NCBI GenBank assembly: GCA_965226585.1
Contig: OZ245366.1
Coordinates: 128,001-192,000, forward strand
Origin: Thermodesulfobacteriota bacterium
Lineage (GTDB): Bacteria > Desulfobacterota_D > UBA1144 > Nemesobacterales > Mycalebacteriaceae
Direction of reading: 5' to 3'
DNA length: 64,000 nucleotides
The translations under genes were made by a program, and so were the position numbers. Below are positions 1-10,523 of the stretch, in pieces. How positions within the stretch are numbered: position 1 is the stretch's first letter; each line of letters opens with the position of its first letter. The notes below the pieces were generated by a model that did no database searches, was not told where the DNA came from, and was given only the letters and a program-made list of their open reading frames with translations.

Positions 1-2
1 AA

Positions 3-428
3 GAAAATACCGCTTTTATAATGATGCGGATAAACAAAGATGATATTGAAACCAACGCAGTTAAAGAAGCAATAAAGGAAACTTGCGGGAGATTTGGAAT
101 TGAAGCCAGCACCGTTGATGAAATTGAACATCAGGAAAAAATTACTGATGTGATAACAAAAGAAATTAAGGCGTGTAAATACCTGATAGCAGACATTACA
201 GGTTCCCGTCCCAATGTTTACTACGAAATTGGATACGCGCACGCATTGGAAAAAGTTCCCGGAGTTGTTCTGTTAAAACACAAAAAAGAAGAGTCCCACT
301 TTGACATTGGGCAACATAAGACCAGCGAGTATAACAATCTTCAGGAACTGAAAACAATTCTCAGTGAAAGGTTGGAATACATTACAGGGAAAAAACCGAG
401 TTCGGACGACAAAACGACAACAAAATAA
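3..428 (+). CDS. Nucleoside 2-deoxyribosyltransferase-like (NDT/TIR-like fold) protein, 5'-truncated at the window edge
   Basis: Frame is open from position 3 (ENTAFIMMRI...). Carries the motif IADITGSRPNVYYEIGYAHAL typical of NDT-like domains. AT-rich (spot count 16/60 GC at 121-180). Confidence 0.7.
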   Translation, partial: ENTAFIMMRINKDDIETNAVKEAIKETCGRFGIEASTVDEIEHQEKITDVITKEIKACKYLIADITGSRPNVYYEIGYAHALEKVPGVVLLKHKKEESHFDIGQHKTSEYNNLQELKTILSERLEYITGKKPSSDDKTTTK

Positions 429-739
429 AGCCATTTCACTATTCCGGTTCTCTACTCACCCTACCCTCCTCATCACAAACCTTCCGCCTCTGTCAAAGGT
501 ATTGACAAAACAGCCGCGAATCAGGTTCTCGCTCTCAACAACGCCGAAAAACAGCGCGATGAGGTCACCCTTTGCGGTATATCTTCTGATTGTAAGCAGA
601 CTTTTTGAGTCCGCAGGAGCGTTTTCGGGACGGCAAACCATCTCCCCGGTGATTCTTGACTGACTTTTTTCCGGGTCAGGGTTTTCCTCTCCACTGGAAA
701 CCCTTCAAGTTCCCAATCTCCGGCAATGTTTTCCAAAAT

Positions 740-1327
740 CTACTCTTTGTCCGCTTCGCCGTCTGCGGGAGCATCTTCCGCTTTCTCCGCTTTTTCTGCG
801 GACTTATCTTCTTTCACTTCTTCTTTCACTTCCTCAGCCGGAGCAGATTCTTCTTTCGGCTCCTCTTTTACCTCTTCCGCAGGCGCGGCTTCCTCGGCAG
901 ATTTTTTCTCCTCTGCGGGCTTTTCCTCTGTCTTTACCTCTTCCTCTTTCTTCTCAGGCTCGGCGGGAGCAGACGCCTTCTCTTCTTTCTTCTCTTCCTT
1001 TGCTTCCGGCTCTGCGGGTTTCTCATCCGCCGCCTTTTCCTCTTTCGCGCCCTCTGTCTTTTCTTCCTTCGGCGCTTCGCCCTTTTCTTCTTGTTTACCC
1101 TCTTCCTTCTCCGCGCCCTTCGCTTCACCTTCAGCGGGGGCTTCCTTCTTCGGCTCCTCTTTTACGGGTTCGGGAGGAATCGGCACGTTCAAAATACCCT
1201 CCTCAACAAGAACCTTTATCTTGTCGCGTCCGTTGACGGGGCGTTTGCGCTTTGAAGTGCGGACGGCGTGACGGCCGTCTGCGCGTTCGTAGATTATGTA
1301 CTCTTTCGTTCTTTTGATGACTTTCAT
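740..1327 (-). CDS. Hypothetical protein: basic ~50-aa N-terminal domain plus a long Glu/Lys/Ala/Pro low-complexity tail
   Basis: ATG at 1327 is preceded by purine-rich GGAGAAAGGGAAAG. N-terminus MKVIKRTKEYIIYERADGRHAV, then EEPKKEAPAE-type repeats. Confidence 0.75.
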   Translation of the reverse strand: MKVIKRTKEYIIYERADGRHAVRTSKRKRPVNGRDKIKVLVEEGILNVPIPPEPVKEEPKKEAPAEGEAKGAEKEEGKQEEKGEAPKEEKTEGAKEEKAADEKPAEPEAKEEKKEEKASAPAEPEKKEEEVKTEEKPAEEKKSAEEAAPAEEVKEEPKEESAPAEEVKEEVKEDKSAEKAEKAEDAPADGEADKE

Positions 1328-1524
1328 GGCTTTCCCTTTCTCCTTCTGATACTCGGTTGGATTTGCTCGCCGGCACTCACCGCCCGGAGCAGACGCTAAC
1401 TCTACAACACCGGCAAAACTATGCAAACGGTGTTTTCATCTTGAAATCGCTCTCTCAATGAAGCACAATTTAAGGAAAGGAACCGCCGCCGGTCCGCCCT
1501 CTGCCGGAACCGGCCGTCAAATCA

Positions 1525-1971
1525 ATGAACATACTTGTAATCCACGGGCCTAACTTGGGTCTTCTCGGAAAGAGAGAACCCGAAATATACGGCAGTGAAA
1601 CACTTGACGATATAAACGCCGGGCTTTCCGCCCTCGCCGGAGAGATTAACCCCCCGGTAAAACTTGAGTTCTTCCAAAACAACTCGGAAGGCGAAATTGT
1701 GGGCGCGATACAAGGCGCGCTGGGCAAATTTGACGGCATTCTTATAAACCCCGCCGCCTACACTCACACAAGCGTTGCCCTGAGAGACGCAATACTCTCG
1801 GTTGGCGTTCCGGTGGTGGAAGTTCACATCTCAAACATTCACAAAAGAGAGGAGTTCAGGCATAACTCTTTTGTATCTCCCGTGGCGGTGGGCGTTGTGT
1901 CCGGCTTCGGGGCGGGAAGCTACGCTCTGGGGCTTCGGGGCTTGCTTGAACATCTGGCTGACAGCAAATGA
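1525..1971 (+). CDS. aroQ: Type II 3-dehydroquinate dehydratase
   Basis: [27 protein letters not shown] and [15 protein letters not shown] motifs. Confidence 0.97.
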   Translation: MNILVIHGPNLGLLGKREPEIYGSETLDDINAGLSALAGEINPPVKLEFFQNNSEGEIVGAIQGALGKFDGILINPAAYTHTSVALRDAILSVGVPVVEVHISNIHKREEFRHNSFVSPVAVGVVSGFGAGSYALGLRGLLEHLADSK

Positions 1972-3716
1972 AAAACAACTGGATTATCAAAGATCAAAAC
2001 CCCGAACTCAGCGCGGAACTGGCGCGCGAGTTGAACGTTACACCCCTTGTGGGACAACTGCTTATAAACCGGGGAATAGACACGGACGAAAGCGCGCGGC
2101 GGTTTTTTGAAAGCGGCATCAGGGAACTTCCAAGCCCCTTTCTGATGGCGGGAATGGAAGCCGCGGTTGAGCGGATAGTGAAAGCCGTGGCGGACACCGA
2201 AACAGTGGCGGTTTACGGAGACTATGACGCGGACGGCGTTACATCCACATCCCTGCTGTGCGGATTTCTGCGCTCCCTTGAGGTGGACGCAATCTACTTT
2301 ACCCCTCACAGAGTGAAAGACGGATACGGGATAAACGAGCGCGCCGTGAAAGAACTGGGGGCGCGAGGGGCAACGCTGATAGTTTCAACCGATTGCGGCA
2401 TAACGGCGGACAAAGAGGTGGAAGCCGCAAAAGGAATGGGCATAGACTTTGTCGTTACAGACCACCACCTTCCGGGAGAGCGGATTCCGGACGCGGTTGC
2501 GGTTGTGAACCCGAAACTGCCCGGCTGCGAGTACCCCGAAAAAGACATAGCGGGAGTGGGCGTGGCGTTCAACCTCGCCCTCGCGGTGAGAGCGCGTTTG
2601 AGAGAAAACGGCTTTTTTGACTCGCGGGAAGAGCCCAACATGGCGCACTATCTGGATTTGGTCGCCATCGGCACGGTTACCGACAGAGTGCCGCTTGAGG
2701 GCGCGAACAGGATTATGGTCAAAGAGGGAATCAAAAGAATGAAGGCGCGCGCAAGACCCGGAATAGAAGCCCTCAAGAAAGTCAGCCGCATAAACGGCAG
2801 TATGAACTCAGGCGACATAGGTTACAGAATAGGTCCCCGCATAAACGCGGCGGGCAGAATCAGCGGGCCCGAAACGGCGGTGGAACTTCTGCTTTCAGAA
2901 AGCTCAGAGCAGGCGCAGGAAATAGCAAGGCGTCTGGATGAGCAGAACAGAAGCCGCCAGCAGCTTGAAAGAGACGCGCTCTCTGAAGCCATATCCGTCA
3001 TAGAAAGCGGCGAGGGCGGCAACTCTGCGTGCATAGTGGTCGCGTCTCGCAACTGGCATCCCGGAATCATAGGTCCCGTTGCGTCAAAAATTGTTGACAG
3101 ATATTCAAAACCCGCTTTCGCAATCTCCGTGGACGAGGACGGAACCGGCAGGGGTTCGGGCAGAAGCATTGAAAACTTGAACCTTTTTGAAGTCCTCAAA
3201 CATTGCGGCGGAATGCTTGAAAGATGCGGCGGACACGCAATGGCGGCGGGAATAACTGTTTCAGAAGACAAGATTGACACCTTCAGAGACGCCCTTGAAG
3301 AGTATCTCGGTAAAACCCCGGGAGACGCAAAACAAACGCAAGCGGAGAAAACCCACACAATAGACGCAAAGGTCGGCATCTGTGACCTGTCAATTGAAAT
3401 GGTGAGACAGATGGAAGTGCTTGAACCCTTCGGCAGTGGAAACCCGAACCCGCTTCTGCTTCTTGAGGGCGCGAACATAGTTTCGCACAACATCATAAAC
3501 GGCGCGCACATCAAACTGTTTGTGGAAGGCGGAAACGGAAGCGGGCAGATTGAAGCCATCTGGTGGAACGCCGTGGGAAGAGACGGCTCGGAAGAACCGG
3601 AAGGACTCTCAGACCTGGTTTTCACTCCGGAAATCAATACATGGGGAAACAGGCAGAAACTTTCTCTCAGGATGGTGGATTTGAACAAATCGCAAAGCGG
3701 CGGCGGGAGCGGATGA
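1968..3716 (+). CDS. recJ: Single-stranded-DNA-specific exonuclease RecJ
   Basis: [32 protein letters not shown] and EPFGSGNP motifs. Confidence 0.97.
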   Translation: MKNNWIIKDQNPELSAELARELNVTPLVGQLLINRGIDTDESARRFFESGIRELPSPFLMAGMEAAVERIVKAVADTETVAVYGDYDADGVTSTSLLCGFLRSLEVDAIYFTPHRVKDGYGINERAVKELGARGATLIVSTDCGITADKEVEAAKGMGIDFVVTDHHLPGERIPDAVAVVNPKLPGCEYPEKDIAGVGVAFNLALAVRARLRENGFFDSREEPNMAHYLDLVAIGTVTDRVPLEGANRIMVKEGIKRMKARARPGIEALKKVSRINGSMNSGDIGYRIGPRINAAGRISGPETAVELLLSESSEQAQEIARRLDEQNRSRQQLERDALSEAISVIESGEGGNSACIVVASRNWHPGIIGPVASKIVDRYSKPAFAISVDEDGTGRGSGRSIENLNLFEVLKHCGGMLERCGGHAMAAGITVSEDKIDTFRDALEEYLGKTPGDAKQTQAEKTHTIDAKVGICDLSIEMVRQMEVLEPFGSGNPNPLLLLEGANIVSHNIINGAHIKLFVEGGNGSGQIEAIWWNAVGRDGSEEPEGLSDLVFTPEINTWGNRQKLSLRMVDLNKSQSGGGSG

Positions 3717-3717
3717 A

Positions 3718-5049
3718 GTGAAAAAGATAACCATCATAGGGGCGGGTCAAGTTGGAACCCTTCTCGCCGAAGACCTTTCCCAGCAACAGCACGACATTGT
3801 GCTTATCGAGCGGGACAGGGAGAAAATCAAACTTATAAAAGACGGTCTTGACATCATGTGCGTTGAGGGAGACGCGAGCGAGCCGCAAGTTCTTGAGGAA
3901 GCGGACATAGGAAAATCCGATGTTGTTCTCGCGGTTTCCGGTGATGATAAAACAAACATCATGTGCGCCATTTCGGCAAACCTTATGGGAGTGCCCGGCG
4001 CGGTGGCAAAGGTCAGAAATCCGGAATACACCCCCTACGCGAGTATGCTGAGGCGGCAGGGGATTTCCATAATCAACCCCGGAGAGATTATCTCGAAAAA
4101 CATCGTCAACACGGTAAAAGAATCACATTTCGCGTGGAGCGACAGCAAGATAGGAAACGGCAAAATAGACCTGTTCAAACTCAGAGTCGGCGAAGATTCG
4201 AAGATGCTGAACACCCCGCTTAGCGAACTGCGGGTTTCCCCCTGGATATTTGTTGGAGTGGCGAGAGAGGGCGGAATGCTGATACCTTCGGGCGAAACCG
4301 CCCTTCTGCCCGGCGACAGCGTTTACGCTCTGGGAGATTCCGACAGGCTCGGAAACCTGACAGACGCCATGGGGCTTGACGAAGAGGACGAATCCACGCA
4401 CATAGTAATCATCGGGGCGGGAAGGCTCGGCAAACTGACCGCCTCCCTGCTTCACAAAAGCGGAGCCACGGTAAAGGTGATAGAGAGCGACCCCCTGAGG
4501 GCGTCCGAAATTGCCGAGGAGGTTCCCGGCATTATCGTTCTGAGCGGAGACGCGACTGACGTGAAAATCCAGAAGGAAGCCGGAGTGGAAGCGGCGGACT
4601 ACCTCATAGCCCTCACCGGCGATGACGGCGAAAACATTTTGAGCGCGCTTCTCGCCCGCCGCCTCGGAGCCAAAAGAAGCATAGTGCTTTACACAAAACC
4701 GGACTATGTGGATGTGCTTGAAACCATCGGGATAGATATCTCCGTGAGCGTACGCATCTCGGTTGTGAACGAAATCCTTTCCATGCTTGACCTCGGCGTG
4801 TCCATGAGGACAACCCTTCTTGAGGAGGGGCGCGGAGAGATTCTGGAGTTCGTTGTGGGAGAAGAATCAGAGATACTCGGCAAACCGCTTAAAAACGCCA
4901 ACCTTCCCGAAGGCTGTATCGTGGGCGTGTGCATAAGGAACGATGAAACGATAATCCCGCAGGGCAGTTTCACCCCGCAGATAAACGACACTATAATTGT
5001 TTTCACACTTCCCGAAGCGGTAAAAAAAGTTGAGAAGGCGATACTTTAA
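3718..5049 (+). CDS. trkA: Trk system potassium uptake NAD-binding subunit
   Basis: Two GAGxxG Rossmann RCK-N/RCK-C repeats; adjacent to trkH. Confidence 0.93.
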   Translation: MKKITIIGAGQVGTLLAEDLSQQQHDIVLIERDREKIKLIKDGLDIMCVEGDASEPQVLEEADIGKSDVVLAVSGDDKTNIMCAISANLMGVPGAVAKVRNPEYTPYASMLRRQGISIINPGEIISKNIVNTVKESHFAWSDSKIGNGKIDLFKLRVGEDSKMLNTPLSELRVSPWIFVGVAREGGMLIPSGETALLPGDSVYALGDSDRLGNLTDAMGLDEEDESTHIVIIGAGRLGKLTASLLHKSGATVKVIESDPLRASEIAEEVPGIIVLSGDATDVKIQKEAGVEAADYLIALTGDDGENILSALLARRLGAKRSIVLYTKPDYVDVLETIGIDISVSVRISVVNEILSMLDLGVSMRTTLLEEGRGEILEFVVGEESEILGKPLKNANLPEGCIVGVCIRNDETIIPQGSFTPQINDTIIVFTLPEAVKKVEKAIL

Positions 5050-6507
5050 GTGAACGTAAAATTCTGCCTAAACATTCTCGGCAGTTTCATCAAAATTCTG
5101 GGATTGCTGATGCTTGTTCCCGCCGTCTGCCCGGTCATATACGGCGAAGACGATCTGGTCGCGCTGACGGGGGCGGCGGTCATCACCTTTGTGCTGGGCT
5201 TTGGAGTAAAACGGCTCACGCGCGGAAAGGGCAAAACGGACGAGATAGAAAGGAAAGACGGCTTTCTGATAGCCGCGCTTTTCTGGATTGCGGCAAGCAT
5301 TCTCGGAAGTCTTCCTTATATCCTGTACGGAGTTTTCCCCAATCCGGTTGACGCTCTTTTTGAATCCACGGCGGGATTTACCACAACCGGGGCAAGCGTT
5401 ATCGCTGATGTTGAGGCACTTCCGCGCGGGATACTGCTTTGGAGAAACTTGAGCCAGTGGCTCGGAGGAATGGGAATTGTGGTTCTTGCCATAGCCGTTC
5501 TTCCGCGCCTTTCCATAGGCGGCGGGCGGCTTATGGCGCTTGAAGCGCCGGGACCCTCAACCGAGCGTCTTACACCGAGAATAGCGGAGACGGCAAAAAA
5601 CATCTGGCTTGTGTATGTCGCGCTTTCGGTGGCGCTTGCCGTTATTCTGGGGCTTTGCGGAATGCCGGTTTTTGACGCGATTGCCCACTCGTTCAGCACA
5701 ATGTCAACGGGCGGTTTCTCAACCCATAACTCAAGCATAGGACACTACAACAGCGCCGCAATTGAAGGAGTTATCACGTTTTTCATGTTTCTTGCCGGCA
5801 TAAACTTCGTTGTTCACTACTCGCTTATGAAGGGAAAGGTGCGCGACGCGCTGAGGGGCGCGGAGCTGAGGTTCTACTTCTTTTTTATCGCGGCGGCAAC
5901 GCTTGCGGTTTCCTTCAACCTTGCGGGCTCAGACATGTTTGAAAGTTTCGGACAGGCGTTCAGATACGCGGTTTTTCAAGTGGTTTCCATCGGAACAACA
6001 ACCGGATACAACTCGGCGGATTTCGGCGCGTGGCCCGCCCTTTCAACACTCGTGCTGATTGTGCTTATGGTCGCGGGCGGCTGTTCGGGCTCCACATCGG
6101 GGGCGGTGAAGCAGTCAAGAATTCTTGTGATGACGGGCAGATGCTATCAGGAACTCAGAAAGCTGGTCTACCCGAACATCGTCTCGCCCGTGCGGCTTGA
6201 CGGCAAAAAGGTTGACGATTCGGTCGTGTCAAACATCACGGGGTTTATCATGCTCTACGTTGTCGCCATAGTTGCGGGAACCTGCCTTGTAACGGCGCTT
6301 GAAGGCGCGTCTCTTATGACGGCGTTTTCCTCAACTCTCGCTTCCATCGGAAACATAGGTCCCGGCTTCGGCTCCGTGGGACCCGCTGAAAACTACGCGG
6401 ATTTGCGGGATTCAACCAAGGGGGTTCTGGCTCTGCTGATGATAACCGGAAGGCTTGAACTCTATACGATACTGGTTCTGTTCCTGCCGGACTTCTGGAG
6501 AAAATAG
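5050..6507 (+). CDS. trkH: Trk system potassium uptake membrane protein
   Basis: Pore motifs FESTAGFTTTG, QWLGGMG, STGGFS, GCSGSTSG, NIGPG, GRLE. Confidence 0.96.
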   Translation: MNVKFCLNILGSFIKILGLLMLVPAVCPVIYGEDDLVALTGAAVITFVLGFGVKRLTRGKGKTDEIERKDGFLIAALFWIAASILGSLPYILYGVFPNPVDALFESTAGFTTTGASVIADVEALPRGILLWRNLSQWLGGMGIVVLAIAVLPRLSIGGGRLMALEAPGPSTERLTPRIAETAKNIWLVYVALSVALAVILGLCGMPVFDAIAHSFSTMSTGGFSTHNSSIGHYNSAAIEGVITFFMFLAGINFVVHYSLMKGKVRDALRGAELRFYFFFIAAATLAVSFNLAGSDMFESFGQAFRYAVFQVVSIGTTTGYNSADFGAWPALSTLVLIVLMVAGGCSGSTSGAVKQSRILVMTGRCYQELRKLVYPNIVSPVRLDGKKVDDSVVSNITGFIMLYVVAIVAGTCLVTALEGASLMTAFSSTLASIGNIGPGFGSVGPAENYADLRDSTKGVLALLMITGRLELYTILVLFLPDFWRK

Positions 6508-6509
6508 GA

Positions 6510-7448
6510 ATGAGATACTTTCCGGCATTTCCCGGCGGCGGGGGGTTGAAAACCGTTTGCGCGCTCGGCAACTTCGACGGAGTTCACCTCGGTCACAAAA
6601 AGATTATCGCCGCCCTGAAAGAGAAAGCCGCGCTTTATGGCGTGGAGTCGTGCGCCATAACTTTTGACCCTCATCCGCAGAAAATGCTGAGGAACAAAAA
6701 CATACATCTGCTCATGCCGTTTGAGGAAAGATTGCGGCGGCTTGAAAAAAGCGGCGTTGACATAACCGTGCGGCTTGAGTTCTCAAAAGAGCTGTCTCTT
6801 CTGTCGCCCGAGCGGTTTATACGGGAAATTATGGTCGGCAAAGCCGGAGTGGCGGCAATGGTGGTGGGTACCCGGTTCGGCTTCGGCAACAAAAGAGAGG
6901 GAAACGTTGAGATGCTTGAGGAGTTGGGGGAAAAATTCGGTTTTGAGACCGTTGTTCTTGAGCCCGCCATGGCGGGAGACACGCGGGTAAGCAGCACGAG
7001 GATTCGGGGGCTTGTTCTTGAGGGAAAAACGGATGAGGCGTCTCGTCTGCTTGGATACGGATACTATGTGAAAGGGGTTGTGACGGAAGGTGAAAAACGC
7101 GGACGGGAGATAGGTTTTCCGACCGTGAATTTGGAAACGGAATGGGAGATACTTCCCAAACCCGGAGTGTATGCGACCAGAACAAAGGTTGACGGAGACG
7201 TGATGAGAGAGAGCATAACAAACATAGGAAACAGGCCGACTTTCGGCGGCGGCGGCACGGTGATGGAAAGCCACCTGCTTGACACAAACGGCGACTTTTA
7301 CGGCAGGGGGGCGACCGTTGAGTTTGTGCGCAGGGTGAGAGACGAGAGGAAATTCGGCTCAGGCTCGGAGCTGGCTTCGCAGATAGAAAAAGACATAAAG
7401 CGGGTGCGCGAGTTTCTTAAAACAGACGGCGGGAGAAAAAGCGGTTGA
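6510..7448 (+). CDS. ribF: Bifunctional riboflavin kinase/FAD synthetase
   Basis: GNFDGVHLGH, VSSTRIR, GREIGFPTVN and NIGNRPTF motifs. Confidence 0.97.
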   Translation: MRYFPAFPGGGGLKTVCALGNFDGVHLGHKKIIAALKEKAALYGVESCAITFDPHPQKMLRNKNIHLLMPFEERLRRLEKSGVDITVRLEFSKELSLLSPERFIREIMVGKAGVAAMVVGTRFGFGNKREGNVEMLEELGEKFGFETVVLEPAMAGDTRVSSTRIRGLVLEGKTDEASRLLGYGYYVKGVVTEGEKRGREIGFPTVNLETEWEILPKPGVYATRTKVDGDVMRESITNIGNRPTFGGGGTVMESHLLDTNGDFYGRGATVEFVRRVRDERKFGSGSELASQIEKDIKRVREFLKTDGGRKSG

Positions 7449-8290
7449 GCGGCGGCGATGAGATTTTCGGCATATTTGGACATCCGGTCAGTCAGAGCCG
7501 GAGCCCCGCGATGCACAACGCGGCGTTTGCCGCGCTCGGAATGAACTGCTTCTACGCGGCTTTTGACATCAAACCCGAAGATGTGGCGGCGGCTGTGGGG
7601 GCGATAAAAACGCTGTCTATAAGGGGCGTGAACGTAACGGTTCCACACAAAACTGCGGTGATGAGAGAGATGGATTTTCTTTCGCCGGAGGCGGAGCTTG
7701 CGGGGGCGGTCAACACGGTGAAGAACAACGGCGGGCGGCTTGAGGGATACAACACGGATATTGAAGGCGCGCTTACTGCTCTTGAGGTTTCAATGGGCTT
7801 CCGCCCCGGCGGAAAAACCGCGCTTGTTATCGGCGCGGGGGGCGCGGCAAGGGCTGTTGTTGCGGGGCTTTGCATGAAAAACGCGGCGGGCGTGCTTATC
7901 TCCAACCGGTCTGCCGGGAACGCGGAAAAACTGGGCGGCGAGTTTGCCGGAATGTTTCCCGCCGTGCGGATTGAAACTTCAGGTCTTGAGGATACGAAAA
8001 CCGGCGGCTTCACCGCGGATGCGGATATCATAATAAACTGCTCATCCGCCGGAATGGAGGGAAACAGCCCGCTTTCCCTGCCGCTTGAAAAGTTCAAAGG
8101 AAAACACGGAGTTTATGACCTTGTGTACAAACCGTCCGTAACGCCGCTTGTGCGCCGCGCGCGGGAAATGGGAATTAAAGCGGAGTCGGGAATTGACATG
8201 CTGTTGTATCAGGGGGCAAAATCGTTTGAGATATGGACGGGAAAAGACGCGCCCACAGACGTTATGAGAAAGGCGCTGGAAGGAGAATAA
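7445..8290 (+). CDS. aroE: Shikimate dehydrogenase
   Basis: SRSPAMHN, NVTVPHK, GAVNT, NTD, GAGGAA and DLVY motifs. Confidence 0.96.
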   Translation: MSGGDEIFGIFGHPVSQSRSPAMHNAAFAALGMNCFYAAFDIKPEDVAAAVGAIKTLSIRGVNVTVPHKTAVMREMDFLSPEAELAGAVNTVKNNGGRLEGYNTDIEGALTALEVSMGFRPGGKTALVIGAGGAARAVVAGLCMKNAAGVLISNRSAGNAEKLGGEFAGMFPAVRIETSGLEDTKTGGFTADADIIINCSSAGMEGNSPLSLPLEKFKGKHGVYDLVYKPSVTPLVRRAREMGIKAESGIDMLLYQGAKSFEIWTGKDAPTDVMRKALEGE

Positions 8291-8292
8291 AA

Positions 8293-9051
8293 ATGGCAAA
8301 GTGCGCGCTGATGGTTTACGAACCGATAGATTCCATTCCGGGCGGAGACGGATACTGGAGGGAATACATCGGGTTTTACGAAAAATTCTGGGACAGGCCC
8401 GCCTCGCCGAAATCCTCATGGTGGGGAGAGGAATATGACAGGTTCAGAGAGTCTCTTTCTCAAAAACTCGGCATTGAGACGGACAACATACGGGACTGTT
8501 TTTTCATAAAAAGGGATGAAGGGTATTTTGTGTGCCGCATAGACGACCCTTCAACTTTCAACATAGTGTCGTGCGAAAATTTCGTTCCGTTTGAGTGGCT
8601 CGCGGCTTTTGATGAAACAAAACGCGATTTTTTCTATACTCACGCGGGTTTCGGAGCGATACATCACGACTCCATCTACTATGTTGAAAATATAGGGGCT
8701 GCGATGAAGAGGATTAAAAACACCTCGGACACTTTCAAAAAAACAGGGGGAAATGTTTCCCTGCACCCTGAATTTGTGAAACTGAAAGAGCTTTCCTCGC
8801 GTCTTGAGGAAATGAACAGCTGGTTGCGCGGTTTTGATGAGAGAGGGGAAATTGCTTTAAACTACGGGGAAATATGCTCTTTCATAACGCAGGATTCAAT
8901 GAAAAACGAGAACTCTGTTGGCGACATAAAAAGAATTGTCGCGGCTGTGGAGAGCGGTGATTTTGAGAAGGCGGAGACGGACTTGAAATTCCTCAACGCG
9001 AAATGGGCGGAAATAACCGGCGCGATAGAGCGGAGCGGGGGAGGCGGCTGA
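8293..9051 (+). CDS. Hypothetical protein
   Basis: Fills the gap between aroE and purU; ATG at 8293 follows AGGAG; no motif recognised. Confidence 0.7.
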   Translation: MAKCALMVYEPIDSIPGGDGYWREYIGFYEKFWDRPASPKSSWWGEEYDRFRESLSQKLGIETDNIRDCFFIKRDEGYFVCRIDDPSTFNIVSCENFVPFEWLAAFDETKRDFFYTHAGFGAIHHDSIYYVENIGAAMKRIKNTSDTFKKTGGNVSLHPEFVKLKELSSRLEEMNSWLRGFDERGEIALNYGEICSFITQDSMKNENSVGDIKRIVAAVESGDFEKAETDLKFLNAKWAEITGAIERSGGGG

Positions 9052-9052
9052 A

Positions 9053-9943
9053 TTGGCAAACCAGAGAACATTGATAATGACCGGCTCGTGCCGGACAACG
9101 AGGGGAATTGTGGCCGGGGTTATGTCTTTTCTTCTTGAAAACAACTGCACCCTGCTTTCTCTTCAGCAATACAATGACGCGGAGAAAAAAAGGTTTTTCA
9201 TAAGAAGCGTTTTTCATCCGCAAAAGCAGTTTGCGAAAACAGCTTTCCGCCCCGGGCAGTTAAGTGACATTGAGAAACTGCGCGAAAACTTCAAGCCGGT
9301 TGCCGAGCAGTTCAAAATGGAATGGTCGATAAATGACCCGCAGATACCTTTCAAGGTTTTAATTATGGTTACGAAGGCGAACCACTGTCTTCGTGAGATT
9401 CTCTACCGCCGCCGCACGGGCGAACTGCCGATTGAAATAACCGCCATTGTTTCAAACCATGATGATTTGCGCACAGAGGCGGAGGATGCGGGAGTCCGCT
9501 ACGTACATTTCCCCGTCAATGCGTCCACAAAAGCCGTACAGGAAAAGCGGTTGCTGGAACTCGTAGATGAAACGGGTTCCGAACTTATAGTTCTTGCGCG
9601 GTATATGCAGATACTTTCTCCCGGTCTCGCGAAAAAACTCTCAGGGCGGTGCATAAATATCCATCACTCTTTTCTTCCAGCTTTCAAAGGGGCAAAGCCG
9701 TATCATCAGGCGCACAGCCGGGGGGTAAAACTTATCGGCGCAACCGCGCACTACGTTACGGAAGACCTTGATGACGGGCCCATAATTGAACAGCAAATAA
9801 CCCGTGTCGACCACAATCACACGGCAGACGACCTCGCGCGCGTGGGAATGGAGAATGAACGCGCGGCGCTCATAAAAGCCATTAAGTATCACATAGAGCA
9901 CAGAGCGTTTCTCAGCGAAAACAGAACAATTATTTTTTACTAA
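9053..9943 (+). CDS. purU: Formyltetrahydrofolate deformylase
   Basis: N-terminal ACT domain; VLARYMQIL, INIHHSFLPAFKGAKPY and GATAHYVTEDLDDGPII motifs. Confidence 0.96.
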   Translation: MANQRTLIMTGSCRTTRGIVAGVMSFLLENNCTLLSLQQYNDAEKKRFFIRSVFHPQKQFAKTAFRPGQLSDIEKLRENFKPVAEQFKMEWSINDPQIPFKVLIMVTKANHCLREILYRRRTGELPIEITAIVSNHDDLRTEAEDAGVRYVHFPVNASTKAVQEKRLLELVDETGSELIVLARYMQILSPGLAKKLSGRCINIHHSFLPAFKGAKPYHQAHSRGVKLIGATAHYVTEDLDDGPIIEQQITRVDHNHTADDLARVGMENERAALIKAIKYHIEHRAFLSENRTIIFY

Positions 9944-9965
9944 CCCTGAAAACAAAGCCGGGAAT

Positions 9966-10523
9966 TTATTTGCGTTCGCTCAAAAGCCCTTCCACAACCT
10001 CTTCAAACTGTCTTGCTTTTTCGGTGCCTTTGTGCGTTTCGCCTATCATTTTATAGACGACATTTCCCTCCCTGTCGGTCAGGTAGAAAGCGGGCCAGTA
10101 GCGGTTTTTCATTCTTTTCCAGTAACTGAAACTGTTATCCATCATAACGGGATGAGTGAGTTTGAACTCCTTTACTTTCGCTTCCAGATTTTTTCTGCTT
10201 TTCTCATGACTGAACTCAGGCGTGTGTATGCCGACCGCCTGAAAACCGCGCCCGGAAAAACGCTTCTCAACTTCGCGAAGCCACGGAAAAGAGCGGTAGG
10301 AATTCCAACAGTCAAAAGCCCAGAAATATACAAGCGTTACCTTGCCCGCAAGTTCTGCCCTGCCCAGCGGCGGTGAATTAAGCCAGTCTTTTTCACTTGA
10401 CGAGGTGAACTCCGGAAGAGGCCTGAAAATAAAACCGCCCTGCGAATACGCTCCGTGCGCGGAAACAAAAAACAGTATCGCCGCAATCAGAAAACCGGCG
10501 GCGCGGTTTTTCACAAACTTCAC
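9966..10523 (-). CDS. Exported redoxin/thioredoxin-like protein (DipZ C-terminal-like) with a CxxS site
   Basis: Signal peptide; FWAFDCWNSYRS, GIHTPEF and NRYWPAFYL motifs. Confidence 0.85.
   Translation of the reverse strand: MKFVKNRAAGFLIAAILFFVSAHGAYSQGGFIFRPLPEFTSSSEKDWLNSPPLGRAELAGKVTLVYFWAFDCWNSYRSFPWLREVEKRFSGRGFQAVGIHTPEFSHEKSRKNLEAKVKEFKLTHPVMMDNSFSYWKRMKNRYWPAFYLTDREGNVVYKMIGETHKGTEKARQFEEVVEGLLSERK

Noticed and set aside
656..1271. Phe/Leu-rich and Ser-rich plus-strand ORFs (199 and 181 aa)
   Set aside because: Antisense shadows of the low-complexity Glu/Lys gene on the minus strand.
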